Notes: a model not told the origin generated them from the letters alone. DNA of 64,000 nt from Zootoca vivipara (GCF_963506605.1 NC_083290.1:6076001-6140000); one strand, 5' to 3'. Positions 1 through 10,941 are shown, numbered from the stretch's first letter. Program-made: numbers and translations.

Positions 1-338
1 CATAAATCAACTACACGTATGGACACGTATCAGCCGGGCGAGTGAAATGAAGTCGAGCCACACTCTTTCAATTGCATCTTTGCAAAATAATATCCCTGGA
101 GCCCCGTTGCCTAAAAACAAATCAGCCCTATTAGAAACTGTTTCACATCCTTAGGAGAATTAAGAGCATGTAGAGATGATAGACAGATACATAAACATAT
201 AGCATTGTAGACTAAAAATAAAATATAGTCAGCAGCCAATGATACCGTGAGATTGCCGGGGTCTTCCAAATATCAGATTTGTAAGCTGAAAAAGAAGCTG
301 TGCTTAGCATCCTTGAGGAAAATGGATAAAGGACTCAC

Positions 339-399
339 CCTCTGAAGCGGCTGCAGCAAAATACAGTGAGAGCAGAACGAGGGAATTCAGGAATCCCAT
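339..399 (-). CDS. CA4: First coding exon (signal peptide) of a carbonic anhydrase 4-like gene; rest of gene lies before the window start
   Basis: ATG at 399 reads MGFLNSLVLLSLYFAAAASE+G, a hydrophobic signal peptide, ending in a phase-1 donor G|GTGAGT. This matches the structure of mammalian CA4 exon 1. Car4 lies head-to-head with Znhit3 in mouse. No catalytic-domain sequence is visible, so identity rests on synteny and exon structure. Confidence 0.6.
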
Positions 400-475
400 G
401 ATCTCTTTTCCAGATGGGCTGGAAAGATGTACCAGCGTAGATCTCTGTATACATGATCCCAGACCTGTTCTGGGT

Positions 476-482
476 TTTTATA
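476..482 (-). promoter_or_regulatory. TATA box of the CA4-like gene
   Basis: TATAAAA on the minus strand about 77 nt upstream of the ATG at 399. Confidence 0.5.
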
Positions 483-2869
483 CAGGAGGAGGGCAGGCAG
501 CCCTGATCACCTTTCCTGGACATAAGCAGGAGGATGGTGAGAGACACCTCCCCTTTTTAATTCCTCCAGCTATAAACTGCAATAACGATCCCGTCTCCTT
601 TGAAACTTCTTCATTTCCTCCACACCCCTTCAGCGGCTGCTGTCAAAGGAGCAAGATTCTCCTCTGGCCCTGAAGAGCTGCCTGTGAAATGAACTTAGCC
701 AGATGACTAGTAACTTATTAGTTAAGTCAAACTTTTCTTTTACCCCTCACCCCACTTTTCTATTTCTCATTATTGCGCCTTGGCTCAGGGATATTGGTAG
801 ATAAGGCAGAGAGTATTCCAGGTAACTCATTGTTTCTTTTTTATGGCTGTGATATTGCTTCTCTTCCTCCCTCATCCAGTGAAACATTGTGGATCATAAT
901 CAACCGGACAGCTTGAGAAATATGATATTGATGCAGGAATAATAGCAAATACATCCTCTCTGGTGCTGATGGATTCTTGTGCATATAATGCTCAGCAAGG
1001 CAGCTGTGTTGGTTTGAGAGCATTCAAATATCTAAGTGAGTTTGGCATCAGATTCTTTGGGCTATCTACTTTCTGCAGCAGCACAGTGCACTGGTTAGAG
1101 TCAGGTGGTCAAGTGCCACATTCAAATGGGAGTAATTTGTCAGGGGCCAGAGCTAAAGATGGCAGGAACGACTAATTCTTTCATTTTTTTTCATTCTTTC
1201 TACCATTCCCCATTCCCTCTCTGAGCATGGATATTGTTATTTTAAACAAAAACAAAAACAATAAAGAGTTTACCAGGCTTTATCATGTGTAGCAGGACAG
1301 AACTTCTAGTGCACCACTGTAAATAAGTTAGTTCAATCAATATCCAGTTCTCTGAGTCCAGGGCACTCATTCACATAAAAGCTTCCCCGTTGTGTCTCTG
1401 CATGAGTCACTGTTCTAGTTTGGTAGCCTTCTTCTCATCCTCCGCCAACTCTTAGCCATTCTGCTGCATCTTTACTTTGGCTATACTTGGTCCATTCGAT
1501 CCTTCCCAATGCATGGAGACACAGCAGAACCTCTTCATAGGAGGCTGCCTGTTGTGTGTCTCCATGGTGTGCTGCCTTAGGCTCTTCTCAGTTTGTTTCT
1601 GCTGAGAGCAGCCTGGCACTTCTCCTGTATCTTTGCAGTTGGTATGATTGGACAATCCAGTCACATCTGAGGCACGGAGGTAGCAGAATTATCCTCCTCA
1701 CCCACTCAGAGGAGTCTGCCCATTGTGTCTCTGTGTGAGCCACTTGCTCTGCTCAGGAACTGCCAAATCTCTGTGCAGTGCCCTTATGTGGTGAACCTTT
1801 GAGCTACAGGTGCAGGCCTTCTCAGTGAACGTCCCTCAGGCCTTGGACTGACTCCAGCTCACTCCGGCTAGCTATTGAGTCACTCTTGGACAGGAAGGAA
1901 CATAAAAGGGGCTTCCTGTCCTGGCTCAGCCTTGCTGAAGCAAGGTCTTTCTTTCCCTGGTGTGTCCCTTTGTTTGTCATTCTTTGGGTCACAGGCTTGC
2001 TCCTTGATCATACCACCTGCTTTGCCCTGTAGTTCTCTGATCCAACACTTCATTCTGACTCCTCACTGACTTCCGCCATGGCCCTCGGCTCACCCTGGAC
2101 TGCTGCCCATGTCCCAATCAGGTGGTGTGCTCATAAAAGCAATTTGTCTAGAAATGTGTGGCAGTGGTAGCTTGTGCCCAGTAGGGCCAGTGGAAGAGAG
2201 AGCAGGGAGCTCACAGTTAGGTGGAGCCAGAGCCCATGACAGCCAGTCAACTCTTTCTAGTTTTGTCTCCATCTTCCTCCCTGCTGAGTTCTGCATGGGC
2301 AACAACATGGAGACTGAAGAGGAGGAAGTTGACAGAAAGCCCCCCCCCCAACTAGACTGGTTGTTAAGAAAGAAGGCAGACAGGTGGGGGGGTGCTTGAG
2401 GGGGTAGACTGAGATAGGGTGGGGGCAGTGTCCTCCCATTTGCCCTAATGGAGCAGATAATAATATTTGTCAGTCACTTGTCTCACAGTGAGACCCAAAG
2501 TGACTTACATTAAAAACGATTAAGAACAAAAAACTAAAAACACCCTTATAGAGATAAAAGGCAGAAGTCCCTCCTCACTAAAAGAGACCACCTTTCAAAT
2601 CAAGGGCTGCAAGCCTGGAGAAGGAGAGAAATCTTTGGCTGCAGGCTGAAACTGGATAAAGATAGCACCAGACATGCCTCCCTGGGAAGAGTACAGGTAT
2701 TTAAAAATGCAAACCAGCAACCTACATGATAATGGCCAGTATTTTGCAGGAGCGATTCGGACGCATATCAGAAATTTAGCTTTGTGCAATTAAAGTGGGT
2801 TAAAGGACTCTGAGCTGTGGTGCAACAAATCCACTTAATTTTTTATTTTTATTTTAATCAGACTGTTTG

Positions 2870-2935
2870 CAGATTCCTGCATTGCAGGGGGTTGGACAAG
2901 ATGACCCTCATGGTCCCTTCCAACTCCATGATTCT
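2870..2935 (+). mobile_element. CR1 LINE 3' end fragment
   Basis: gattcctgcattgcagggggttggac...ggtcccttccaactccatgattct, a typical reptile CR1 terminus; a similar copy sits at about 9735-9805. Confidence 0.65.
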
Positions 2936-3308
2936 CTGGTTCTGTTAGGAAAGTGACAGTGAAATGCACCGAAAAGTGTGGGATGAATGAATGGTTAATG
3001 GGAACATGTATAAACGTCACACTAGCAAAATGGGATCAGGTGCTCATGGTCAGATAACAAATCAGAACACATGCTCAGTCCGGACTGGATGTTGCCTGAC
3101 CGCATCTGCTTAATGCAAGCAGATCAGGATGAATGCTCAATAAGCAGCCCATCTGGAGGAGCCCCAACACATCTGTTGGGTTCTGATTCTGGGTTGCAAC
3201 ACACTCTTCATCTATCAGACATATGAGAAGCAATGCATGTGGTCCAGTGTTATATTTCTAACAGGAACCATCCTGAGGCCCCTGAGAATCTGTCACACAA
3301 GGTTGATG

Positions 3309-3312
<4 letters not shown>

Positions 3313-3357
<45 letters not shown>

Positions 3358-3680
3358 TTATTTATACCCCGCCCATCTGGCTGGGTTTCCCCAGCCACTC
3401 TGGGCGGCTTCCAACAGAAAAATAAAACACACTAATCTATTAAACATTAAAAGCCTCCCTAAACAGGGCTGCCTTCAGATGTCTTCTAAAAATCTGGTAG
3501 CTGTTTTTTTCTTTGACATCTGATGGGAGGGCGTTCCACAGGACGGGCGCCACCACCGAGAAGGCCCTCTGCCTGGTTCCCTGTAGCTTGGCTTCTCGCA
3601 ACGAGGGAACCACCAGAAGGCCCTTGGTGCTGGACCTCAGTGTCCGGGCAGAATGATGGGGTGGAGATGCTCCTTCAGGC
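3313..3680 (-). mobile_element. LINE (L2/CR1-group) 3' fragment with (AAT)n microsatellite tail
   Basis: (AAT)n at 3313-3357 abuts tttataccccgcccatctggctgggtttccccagccactctgggcggc, a recurrent lizard LINE tail. Confidence 0.55.
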
Positions 3681-3855
3681 TCTCTTTTGTGTTTTGTTTC
3701 TGGTTATCCAGTATTCAGGACAAAAAGCACAGCAGATATAGTAAGCTTTTGGATCCTGACACTCACTGAACATGCTCTTATCCCTTTAATCATCAGCTCC
3801 CCACCCTTCAGCTGATGCAATGTGCATTGAAAAAGCAAGCAACCTGCATATTAAT

Positions 3856-4231
3856 TGTTATGTACTGAGCTGAATCCTAGAACAATAGGATTCAGAATCA
3901 GCGGGAGCTACCCAATCCAACTCCAGGTGGAAGTGAATCCGCAACCTGATTGGCCTGCTGGAGCAGCCAATCAGGCGGCTGGCAGAAGTGAATCTGCTAC
4001 CTGATTGGCCTGTAGGAGCAGCCAATCAGGCTGCAGGCAGAAGTCAATCCACAATATAATTGGCCCACAGGTGTAGCCCTGAAGTAGCCAATCACGCAAG
4101 GCCCATTGTGTAAATAATGTATATAAGCAGATGGTTTTGGGAAAAGAGCCATTCGTCTTCTCTTCTTCTCCTTGATGACTATGAGCTGAATAAAGAGCAT
4201 GAAATTCACTCTCGACTCTGAGTATATTTCA
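3856..4231 (+). repeat. 5' LTR
   Basis: TGTTATG...TTTCA; TATATAA at about 4120 and AATAAA at 4189; identical to the 3' LTR except C3883 vs T8468. Confidence 0.96.
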
Positions 4232-4232
4232 C

Positions 4233-4250
4233 TGGCGACGAGGATGGGAT
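4233..4250 (+). other. Primer binding site complementary to tRNA-Ser(GCT)
   Basis: TGGCGACGAGGATGGGAT is the reverse complement of the 3' 18 nt of vertebrate tRNA-Ser(GCT) including CCA. Confidence 0.85.
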
Positions 4251-4359
4251 CCTGCTGAGCTGACCGCCACCACGCACTGCACCGCAGCACCGCCACCTGC
4301 TGCACCGCTGCATCGCACCGTGCATCCAGGCTTCAGCTCCAGGACCCAAGGAACCCAGA

Positions 4360-7300
4360 ATGGCAACCGACAGCAGCTTCTCGCCATTCAAACCAGCATC
4401 AGGAGACTGGGAAGGGTACGCCGCCCGTTTCAACTTCCTCCTGCAAGCAAAAGAAGTCACCAACGATGCCATGAAGAGGGCGACATTCTTCAGCGTCTGT
4501 GGAGAGGAGACGTTTGAAATCGCCCGGGCTCTCCTTGCACCTAGAGATGTCGCTACCGTCTCTTACAAAACAATAATGGAACGGCTGAAGGAGCACTTCT
4601 CACCACAGCCCTCGGTGGTAGCTTGCCGAAATGCCTTCTACGCAAAGCGGCAAGCCCCGGGGGAAACCATAACTGGGTTTGTGACCTCCCTCCGCCAAGC
4701 CGCCCGGTTATGCAACTTCTCAGAGTTGGAGAACATGCTTCGTGACCGCCTCGTCGGTGGCCTGAGGGACGAGATGTTGCAACGACGCCTCTACGCCAAA
4801 AAAGACCTCACGTTCCAGATTGCTCTGGAGGAAGCCCTGGCAACCGAAGCCGCCGAGAGGTCAACGCAAGAGGCACGACCGGCCCCGCCATCCCAACCGA
4901 GGGTCTACCACGAAGACCTCACCGACGAATCCGAATCTGACAGGGAGGAAGTACACCGAGTACAGCGGCGCACTCAAGCAGCACACACACCACAGCAGCC
5001 TCGACGAGAAGGAGGGAACTGTGCAAGCTGCGGGGAGAACCACGAGAGGAGGACCTGTCGTTTCCGCAACGCAGAGTGCAGGCAGTGCAGAAAATTGGGA
5101 CACATCGCCCGGGTGTGTCGGGCTCAACTCACCCGTCGACAAGCATCAGATGACCGACCCAGGAGCCCCAGGTCACACGGCACCATGCACCAAGGCAACT
5201 CGACGGAGATCACGGACTACCAGGTATTCCAGTTGCCCCATCCCAGCACAGAGAAAATTTATATAGAGGTACAGATAGAGGGAGCCCCATGCCGCATGGA
5301 GCTGGACACAGGTTCAACTCTATCCATAATCTCGGCCCGAACATTAAGGGAACTGTGCCCTAATGGGGGTCCCAAACTAAGGCCGGCCCCATTCACCCTC
5401 CGGGACTTCCAGAAACGTAAGGTCCCTACAATGGGGGTGGGGACCTTCAGGGTGCAATATCGAGGGCGAAAGCAACAATTGGACTTGCTGGTAGTTAAGG
5501 GCCCCTACGTTAGCTTACTGGGACTGGCATGGTTTGGACCTCTGGGGCTAGCCGTTACCGGGGTGAACCGCACTAGCTTACAAGTGGACGTGGACGCCAT
5601 ATGCAAAGAGTTTCCAGGGGTTTTCGATGGGGCATTGGGACGATATACAGGACCCCCCATTGCCCTACAGCTAGACCCCGCTGTACGACCCATCAGGCAC
5701 AAGGCCCGCCGGGTCCCGTTCGCCCTGAAACCCCGCATAGACGAGGAATTGGACCGGCTCGTGGAGCAAGGAGTGCTGGAGCCGGTGCCCAACTCCCCCT
5801 GGGAAACTCCAATTGTCACACCCGTCAAGCCTAACGGTTCGGTCCGCATCTGTGCAGACTACAAATGCACCATAAACAAGGCTCTCACGGCCCATGCATA
5901 CCCAGTGCCAGTGGTCAGCCATGTCCTCGCCACCCTGGCTGGGTCAAAAATCTTTGGCAAACTGGACTTGGCCCAAGCGTATCAACAGTTGCCTGTGGAC
6001 GAAGCCACAGCAGAGGCTCAGACGATTGTGACGCACAGAGGGGCATTCAGAGTAAAGCGGCTGCAATTTGGCGTTAGCGTGGCACCAGGCATATTCCAGA
6101 ATCTAATGGACTCTCTCCTTAAAGGGATTCCTGGCGTCACCCCCTTCTTCGATGATGTACTGATCGCCGGGGCCACACCAGAGGAATTTGAGGACCGCCT
6201 CCGCTCCGTCCTGCACCGTTTCCAGACGGCGGGCCTCAAGGTGAAGCGGGAAAAGTGTTTACTGGGAGTGCCGCAGGTGGACTTTCTGGGATTTAAGGTG
6301 GACGCAGAAGGGGTCCATCCAACCGGTGACAAGGTACGGGCCATTTGTGAGGCCCCAGCGCCCAAGAGCAAGCCCGAACTTCAGTCATTCTTGGGACTAT
6401 TGAACTTTTACCATGCCTTCCTTCCCCATAAGGCAGCGGTAGCGGAGCCCCTACACAGACTCCTAGATAAAAGGGCCCCTTGGGTGTGGGGCCAGCGACA
6501 AAGGGCCGCATTCCAGGCAGTCAAGGACTTGCTCGTCTCGAACTCTGTCTTGGCACACTTCGACGAGAGGCTGCCAGTGGTGCTGGCATGCGACGCCTCT
6601 CCCTATGGCATCGGCGATGTCCTGGGACACCAACTCCCGGATGGAAGAGAGGTGCCGGTGGCATACTTCTCCCAGACGCTTGCTGCAGCCGAACGAAACT
6701 ACTCACAGATTGACAAGGAGGGTCTGGCAATCGTGAAGGGCGTAAAAAAATTCCATGATTTCTTGTACGGGCGGCCCTTTACCATAGTGACTGACCACAA
6801 GCCGTTGCTTGGCCTGTTTGCCCCCGAGAAGCAGACCCCCCAAGTGTTGTCTCCACGTGTCCTCAGGTGGTCAATTTTCCTTGCCGGCTACCAGTATGCA
6901 CTAATCCACCGCCCTGGGAAGGCGATGGGCCACGCAGACGCCCTCAGCAGGCTACCACTACCAGAAACAGGCCCCGACCCAGCGCCTGCGCAAGAGGTTA
7001 TGACCCTGGAGCTGCTTCCCGACCGACCCATTCAGGCACAAGAAGTTGCGCACCATTCCACAAAAGATAGGGTCATCTCCCGGGTCCTGGACTGGGTGTG
7101 GCGAGGATGGCCCAGCAGCAGCCCCGGGCCAGAATTCGCTGGCTACACAAACCGCAAACATGAACTGTCGGCCCACAAGGGGTGCCTGTTATGGGGAAGC
7201 AGGGTTGTTGTTCCCCAGCCCCTCCGCAAAAGGGTCCTCACAGCCCTACACGAGACACACCCAGGGGTAGTGAGGATGAAGGCCCTTGCCAGGAGTTATG

Positions 7301-8430
7301 TGTGGTGGCCGGGGATTGACAGAGAGATAGAGGCCTGGGTCCAACACTGCCAGACCTGCCAAGAATCCCGCCCGGATCCCCCAAGGGCCCCAGTCCAGCC
7401 CTGGGAGTCCGCCCGACAACCATGGTCACGCTTGCACGTGGACTTCGCTGGCCCCTTCCAGGGAAAAACATTCTTCATAGTGGTGGATTCCTACACCAAA
7501 TGGCTGGAGGTCGCACTGGTACCGTCCACTTCTACGGCGGCAGCCATCCGGGTACTACGTAAGCTGTTTGCAACCCACGGGCTCCCTGACACCCTCGTCT
7601 CGGACAATGGAACCGCATTCATGTCAGAGGAGTTCCAGACCTTCACAGCGCAGAACGCCATCCGCCACATCCGCTCAGCACCATTCCACCCTGCCACCAA
7701 TGGCCAAGCGGAGCGCATGGTGCGGACCACCAAGGACAGCCTCCGCCGCATGACACAAGGGGACTGGGAATACCGCCTTGCCGCATTTCTTCTAGCACAG
7801 CACAGCACCCCAAGCACAACGACGGGCCGGAGCCCAGCTGAACTACTTATGGGCCGGCGCCTTGCAACTAGACTGGACCGACTTCACCCCGACAGAGCTC
7901 AGGATGAGGTAGTGGTGGGGAAAGGCAGGAACTCCCGGACATTTGTGGCCCAGGACCCAGTGTATGCAAAGAATTTTGGGGCAGGCCCAGCATGGGTACC
8001 CGCCACAGTCACCAAGGTGACCGGTCCCGTGTCGTACGAGGTACTAACGGAAGGGGGGCAATGTTGGCGCCGCCACTGCGACCAGCTACGGCGACGATTC
8101 CCAGGAGGAACCCGGGAGGAGAGCAGGACAGAGGGGTCCCAAGGGGACAGCAGGGCAGTGAGGCCTGTAGAGCGAGAGGGGTGGGCAGGGGAAGCAGAAG
8201 CAGTAGGCACAGAGGGGCGCCCCGAGGCTGGAAGGACACCGGAACCAGAGCCACAACCTAGTGGTTCAGTGGCGCCAGACCAGACAGCCCCGGCACAGCC
8301 AGCAGCCTCGGAACACGAGCCAGAACCAGAACCCCTGACCAAGGAACACCCCAGGCCACAACGCACACGGAGGCGGCCAGCAGACCTTGGGGACTACGAA
8401 TGCAACTTCCCGGGCAGGACTGGAACTTAG
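4360..8430 (+). CDS. Gag-Pol polyprotein, 1356 aa
   Basis: Two Gag zinc knuckles (CASCGENHERRTC, CRQCRKLGHIARVC), protease LDTGS, RT (KLDLAQAYQQ, LQFG, FFDD), RNase H (DAS...NYSQIDKE...TDHKPL), integrase HHCC plus D(HVDF)-D(SDNG)-E(AERM), and an SH3-like C-terminus. Confidence 0.96.
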   Translation: MATDSSFSPFKPASGDWEGYAARFNFLLQAKEVTNDAMKRATFFSVCGEETFEIARALLAPRDVATVSYKTIMERLKEHFSPQPSVVACRNAFYAKRQAPGETITGFVTSLRQAARLCNFSELENMLRDRLVGGLRDEMLQRRLYAKKDLTFQIALEEALATEAAERSTQEARPAPPSQPRVYHEDLTDESESDREEVHRVQRRTQAAHTPQQPRREGGNCASCGENHERRTCRFRNAECRQCRKLGHIARVCRAQLTRRQASDDRPRSPRSHGTMHQGNSTEITDYQVFQLPHPSTEKIYIEVQIEGAPCRMELDTGSTLSIISARTLRELCPNGGPKLRPAPFTLRDFQKRKVPTMGVGTFRVQYRGRKQQLDLLVVKGPYVSLLGLAWFGPLGLAVTGVNRTSLQVDVDAICKEFPGVFDGALGRYTGPPIALQLDPAVRPIRHKARRVPFALKPRIDEELDRLVEQGVLEPVPNSPWETPIVTPVKPNGSVRICADYKCTINKALTAHAYPVPVVSHVLATLAGSKIFGKLDLAQAYQQLPVDEATAEAQTIVTHRGAFRVKRLQFGVSVAPGIFQNLMDSLLKGIPGVTPFFDDVLIAGATPEEFEDRLRSVLHRFQTAGLKVKREKCLLGVPQVDFLGFKVDAEGVHPTGDKVRAICEAPAPKSKPELQSFLGLLNFYHAFLPHKAAVAEPLHRLLDKRAPWVWGQRQRAAFQAVKDLLVSNSVLAHFDERLPVVLACDASPYGIGDVLGHQLPDGREVPVAYFSQTLAAAERNYSQIDKEGLAIVKGVKKFHDFLYGRPFTIVTDHKPLLGLFAPEKQTPQVLSPRVLRWSIFLAGYQYALIHRPGKAMGHADALSRLPLPETGPDPAPAQEVMTLELLPDRPIQAQEVAHHSTKDRVISRVLDWVWRGWPSSSPGPEFAGYTNRKHELSAHKGCLLWGSRVVVPQPLRKRVLTALHETHPGVVRMKALARSYVWWPGIDREIEAWVQHCQTCQESRPDPPRAPVQPWESARQPWSRLHVDFAGPFQGKTFFIVVDSYTKWLEVALVPSTSTAAAIRVLRKLFATHGLPDTLVSDNGTAFMSEEFQTFTAQNAIRHIRSAPFHPATNGQAERMVRTTKDSLRRMTQGDWEYRLAAFLLAQHSTPSTTTGRSPAELLMGRRLATRLDRLHPDRAQDEVVVGKGRNSRTFVAQDPVYAKNFGAGPAWVPATVTKVTGPVSYEVLTEGGQCWRRHCDQLRRRFPGGTREESRTEGSQGDSRAVRPVEREGWAGEAEAVGTEGRPEAGRTPEPEPQPSGSVAPDQTAPAQPAASEHEPEPEPLTKEHPRPQRTRRRPADLGDYECNFPGRTGT

Positions 8431-8440
8431 AGGGGAGGGG
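8429..8440 (+). other. Polypurine tract
   Basis: AGAGGGGAGGGG directly 5' of the 3' LTR, overlapping the ORF stop codon. Confidence 0.9.
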
Positions 8441-8816
8441 TGTTATGTACTGAGCTGAATCCTAGAATAATAGGATTCAGAATCAGCGGGAGCTACCCAA
8501 TCCAACTCCAGGTGGAAGTGAATCCGCAACCTGATTGGCCTGCTGGAGCAGCCAATCAGGCGGCTGGCAGAAGTGAATCTGCTACCTGATTGGCCTGTAG
8601 GAGCAGCCAATCAGGCTGCAGGCAGAAGTCAATCCACAATATAATTGGCCCACAGGTGTAGCCCTGAAGTAGCCAATCACGCAAGGCCCATTGTGTAAAT
8701 AATGTATATAAGCAGATGGTTTTGGGAAAAGAGCCATTCGTCTTCTCTTCTTCTCCTTGATGACTATGAGCTGAATAAAGAGCATGAAATTCACTCTCGA
8801 CTCTGAGTATATTTCA
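8441..8816 (+). repeat. 3' LTR
   Basis: Copy of 3856-4231, followed by TSD TTAAT. Confidence 0.96.
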
Positions 8817-9169
8817 TTAATCTAGGTTGGCTCTGAGGTCACAGCCATACCATCCGTTTAAATAGGGCTGCCGTACATCCAGGTTTTCCCAGAATTCTTT
8901 GGGGGAAGCCATTAAGAGTGACTGACCAATGGGGCTGTCTGCCTTCTTATTCTTGACGTTTCAAAGATGTTATCTTCCTCCTCTTCTTAGCATCTCAGCT
9001 GTTTCCCCTGTGTAAAATTTCTTAACATGGCCATTGGGTAATGTACGGTACATCACATTGCCAGCATTGCATGTGGGGAATGATATTAAATGGTACCCAT
9101 TCATTACTTTGGGGGGTCCCCAAAGCCTATCAGATTGCATGTATAATCTTCAAATATCTAAAGGGCTGT

Positions 9170-9805
9170 CACACAGAAGATGGATAAAGCATGTTTTCTC
9201 CTGCTCTGGAGGCTAGGACCTGAAACAATGGATCGAGGTTATAAAAAAGGAAATTCCAATTAAACATCAGGAAGAACTTTCTGACAGTAAGAGCTCATAC
9301 CCTCCAACATTTCTCCGATGAAAATATGGACGTCCCCCCCATTCCATAATGATAATTTTACCACTTATACCCCACACATCTTACAGGGTTGCCCCAGCCA
9401 CTCTGGGCAACTCCCAACATATATAAAAACATAATAAAACATTAAACATTTTTTTAAAAAAACCTTCCCTCTACAGGATTGCCTTCAGACGGCTCAGGGA
9501 TTGGATAACTCCATACCCTCCAACATTTCTCTGATGAAAACAGGGACGTTCTAAGGGAAAGTGGGGCATTCCAGGATCAAATCAGAAACCAGGATGGCTT
9601 CTCTAAATCAGGGACGTCCCTGGAAAATAGGGACACCTGGAGGGTCTGATAGTTGTTTGCTGGTGGAACAGACTCCCTTGGGAGGTGGTGGAATCACCTT
9701 CCTTGGAGGTTTTTATGCGGTGGGTGGATAGTCATCCCTGCATTGCAGGGGGTTGGACTAGATGACCCTTGGAGTCCTTTCCAATTCTACAATTCTATGA
9801 TTCTA
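9170..9805 (+). mobile_element. CR1 3' fragment interrupted by a non-autonomous DNA transposon (about 9296-9648)
   Basis: CR1 sequence (aacatcaggaagaactttctgacagtaagagct ... ggttggactagatgaccc...attctatgattct) is split by an element with CATACCCTCCA / TGGAGGGTCTG inverted ends. Confidence 0.6.
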
Positions 9806-10883
9806 CCATTGAGTAGGCACAAATGGCCACATGGAAGAAGATGCTTTCGAGCGGTAACTCCAAGCAAAAACCTGCTTGTACATGGAACCTGACCCCTTAA
9901 ACTCGCAGTTAACAAAAAGCTATTTCTCATTTATTTATCTCGAACAAAATCTATGTATTGTAGGGCATCCTAATATTCCTTTTTAAATGTACCAGCATTT
10001 GTTTATGTTCCTCTGCAAAACATTTATCATTTGACTGAATGCCAAGCTGGAGTTACACTCCCCTAAAAGATTATGATGGGCAGCATCCAACTCAATTTTG
10101 CTTTTGTGTGTGTTATGGTACACACCAGTACAGCTTTTGCACCATGACCTCTTCTTTTGCCGCCCATAGCAGGTATTTTGTGCTGGCATTTGCAATACTT
10201 TTCTCAGGATATTAGTACCAGCACCTCATTTTTAACAAACACCGGGTCTAACCGTGCATGTTTTTGCAACAGCCTTCTTGCTCCTGCTGCCTCTCACCAC
10301 CCTTTGATAGCCTCTCTTGGCGTTTAGATTACTTAATATTTCGGATTCTTGGGGGGGGATCCCCCCCTAAAGGACAATCCATCACGGTTCCTCGGCAGAT
10401 GCACTGCAGCAAGGAATTTATGAAGGATGGAAAAAGCAAGGCATTATAATAACGCTCTTGGCTTTGGCTCCAGGACAGCTGTTCCTCCTGTTTTCTGCAG
10501 AAAAATCCCCAGGAAACCAGAGGTTCAGTCAGCATCTCTAGATAAAACTCCTGCTTGCCGCTTGACAGGAAGGAAGGCAGAGGTGAAAAGGCTTGGGGTG
10601 AAAATCTTGCCAGTGGGATGGATGACTGCGATAAAAGGACCAGCCCCCACCCTTTCTTTCATTATTGTATCAGATAGGTTTTTTCACCTTTCAAAGCAAG
10701 CATTTTCTCAAAGGGGATTATGTGATCAAGATACTAAAAACACAGGCAGATGAACCTTCCCCCCCCCCCGCCCCCCGCAAGAACCACATTCCCATCTGGG
10801 CAATCTTCTGGGGGGGCCACTTGCTGGACTGGGGAGGGCCAGAGGCAAAAGTTGGCAAAGCAAGATTTCACTTTTGTACAGTA

Positions 10884-10885
<2 letters not shown>

Positions 10886-10939
<54 letters not shown>
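10886..10939. repeat. (TA)n microsatellite
   Basis: Pure AT dinucleotide run. Confidence 0.95.

Positions 10940-10941
<2 letters not shown>

Larger units (their letters stand above)
3856..8816 (+). mobile_element. Full-length Ty3/Gypsy LTR retrotransposon (Mag/K02A2.6-like)
   Basis: Two 376-bp TG...CA LTRs, 5-bp TSD TTAAT (3851-3855 and 8817-8821), PBS, PPT and an uninterrupted gag-pol ORF in PR-RT-RH-IN order. Confidence 0.97.

Noticed and set aside
335-547. 70-aa minus-strand ORF in the track
   Set aside because: Wrong frame; the plausible coding frame is the signal-peptide exon 399-339
3930-4095. Regularly spaced palindromic repeats resembling a CRISPR array
   Set aside because: Eukaryotic LTR tandem repeats with no unique spacers and no cas genes
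4820-8366. Many alternative-frame and antisense ORFs within the Gypsy element
   Set aside because: Expected shadows of a GC-rich long ORF; no recognisable domains and no env-like ORF
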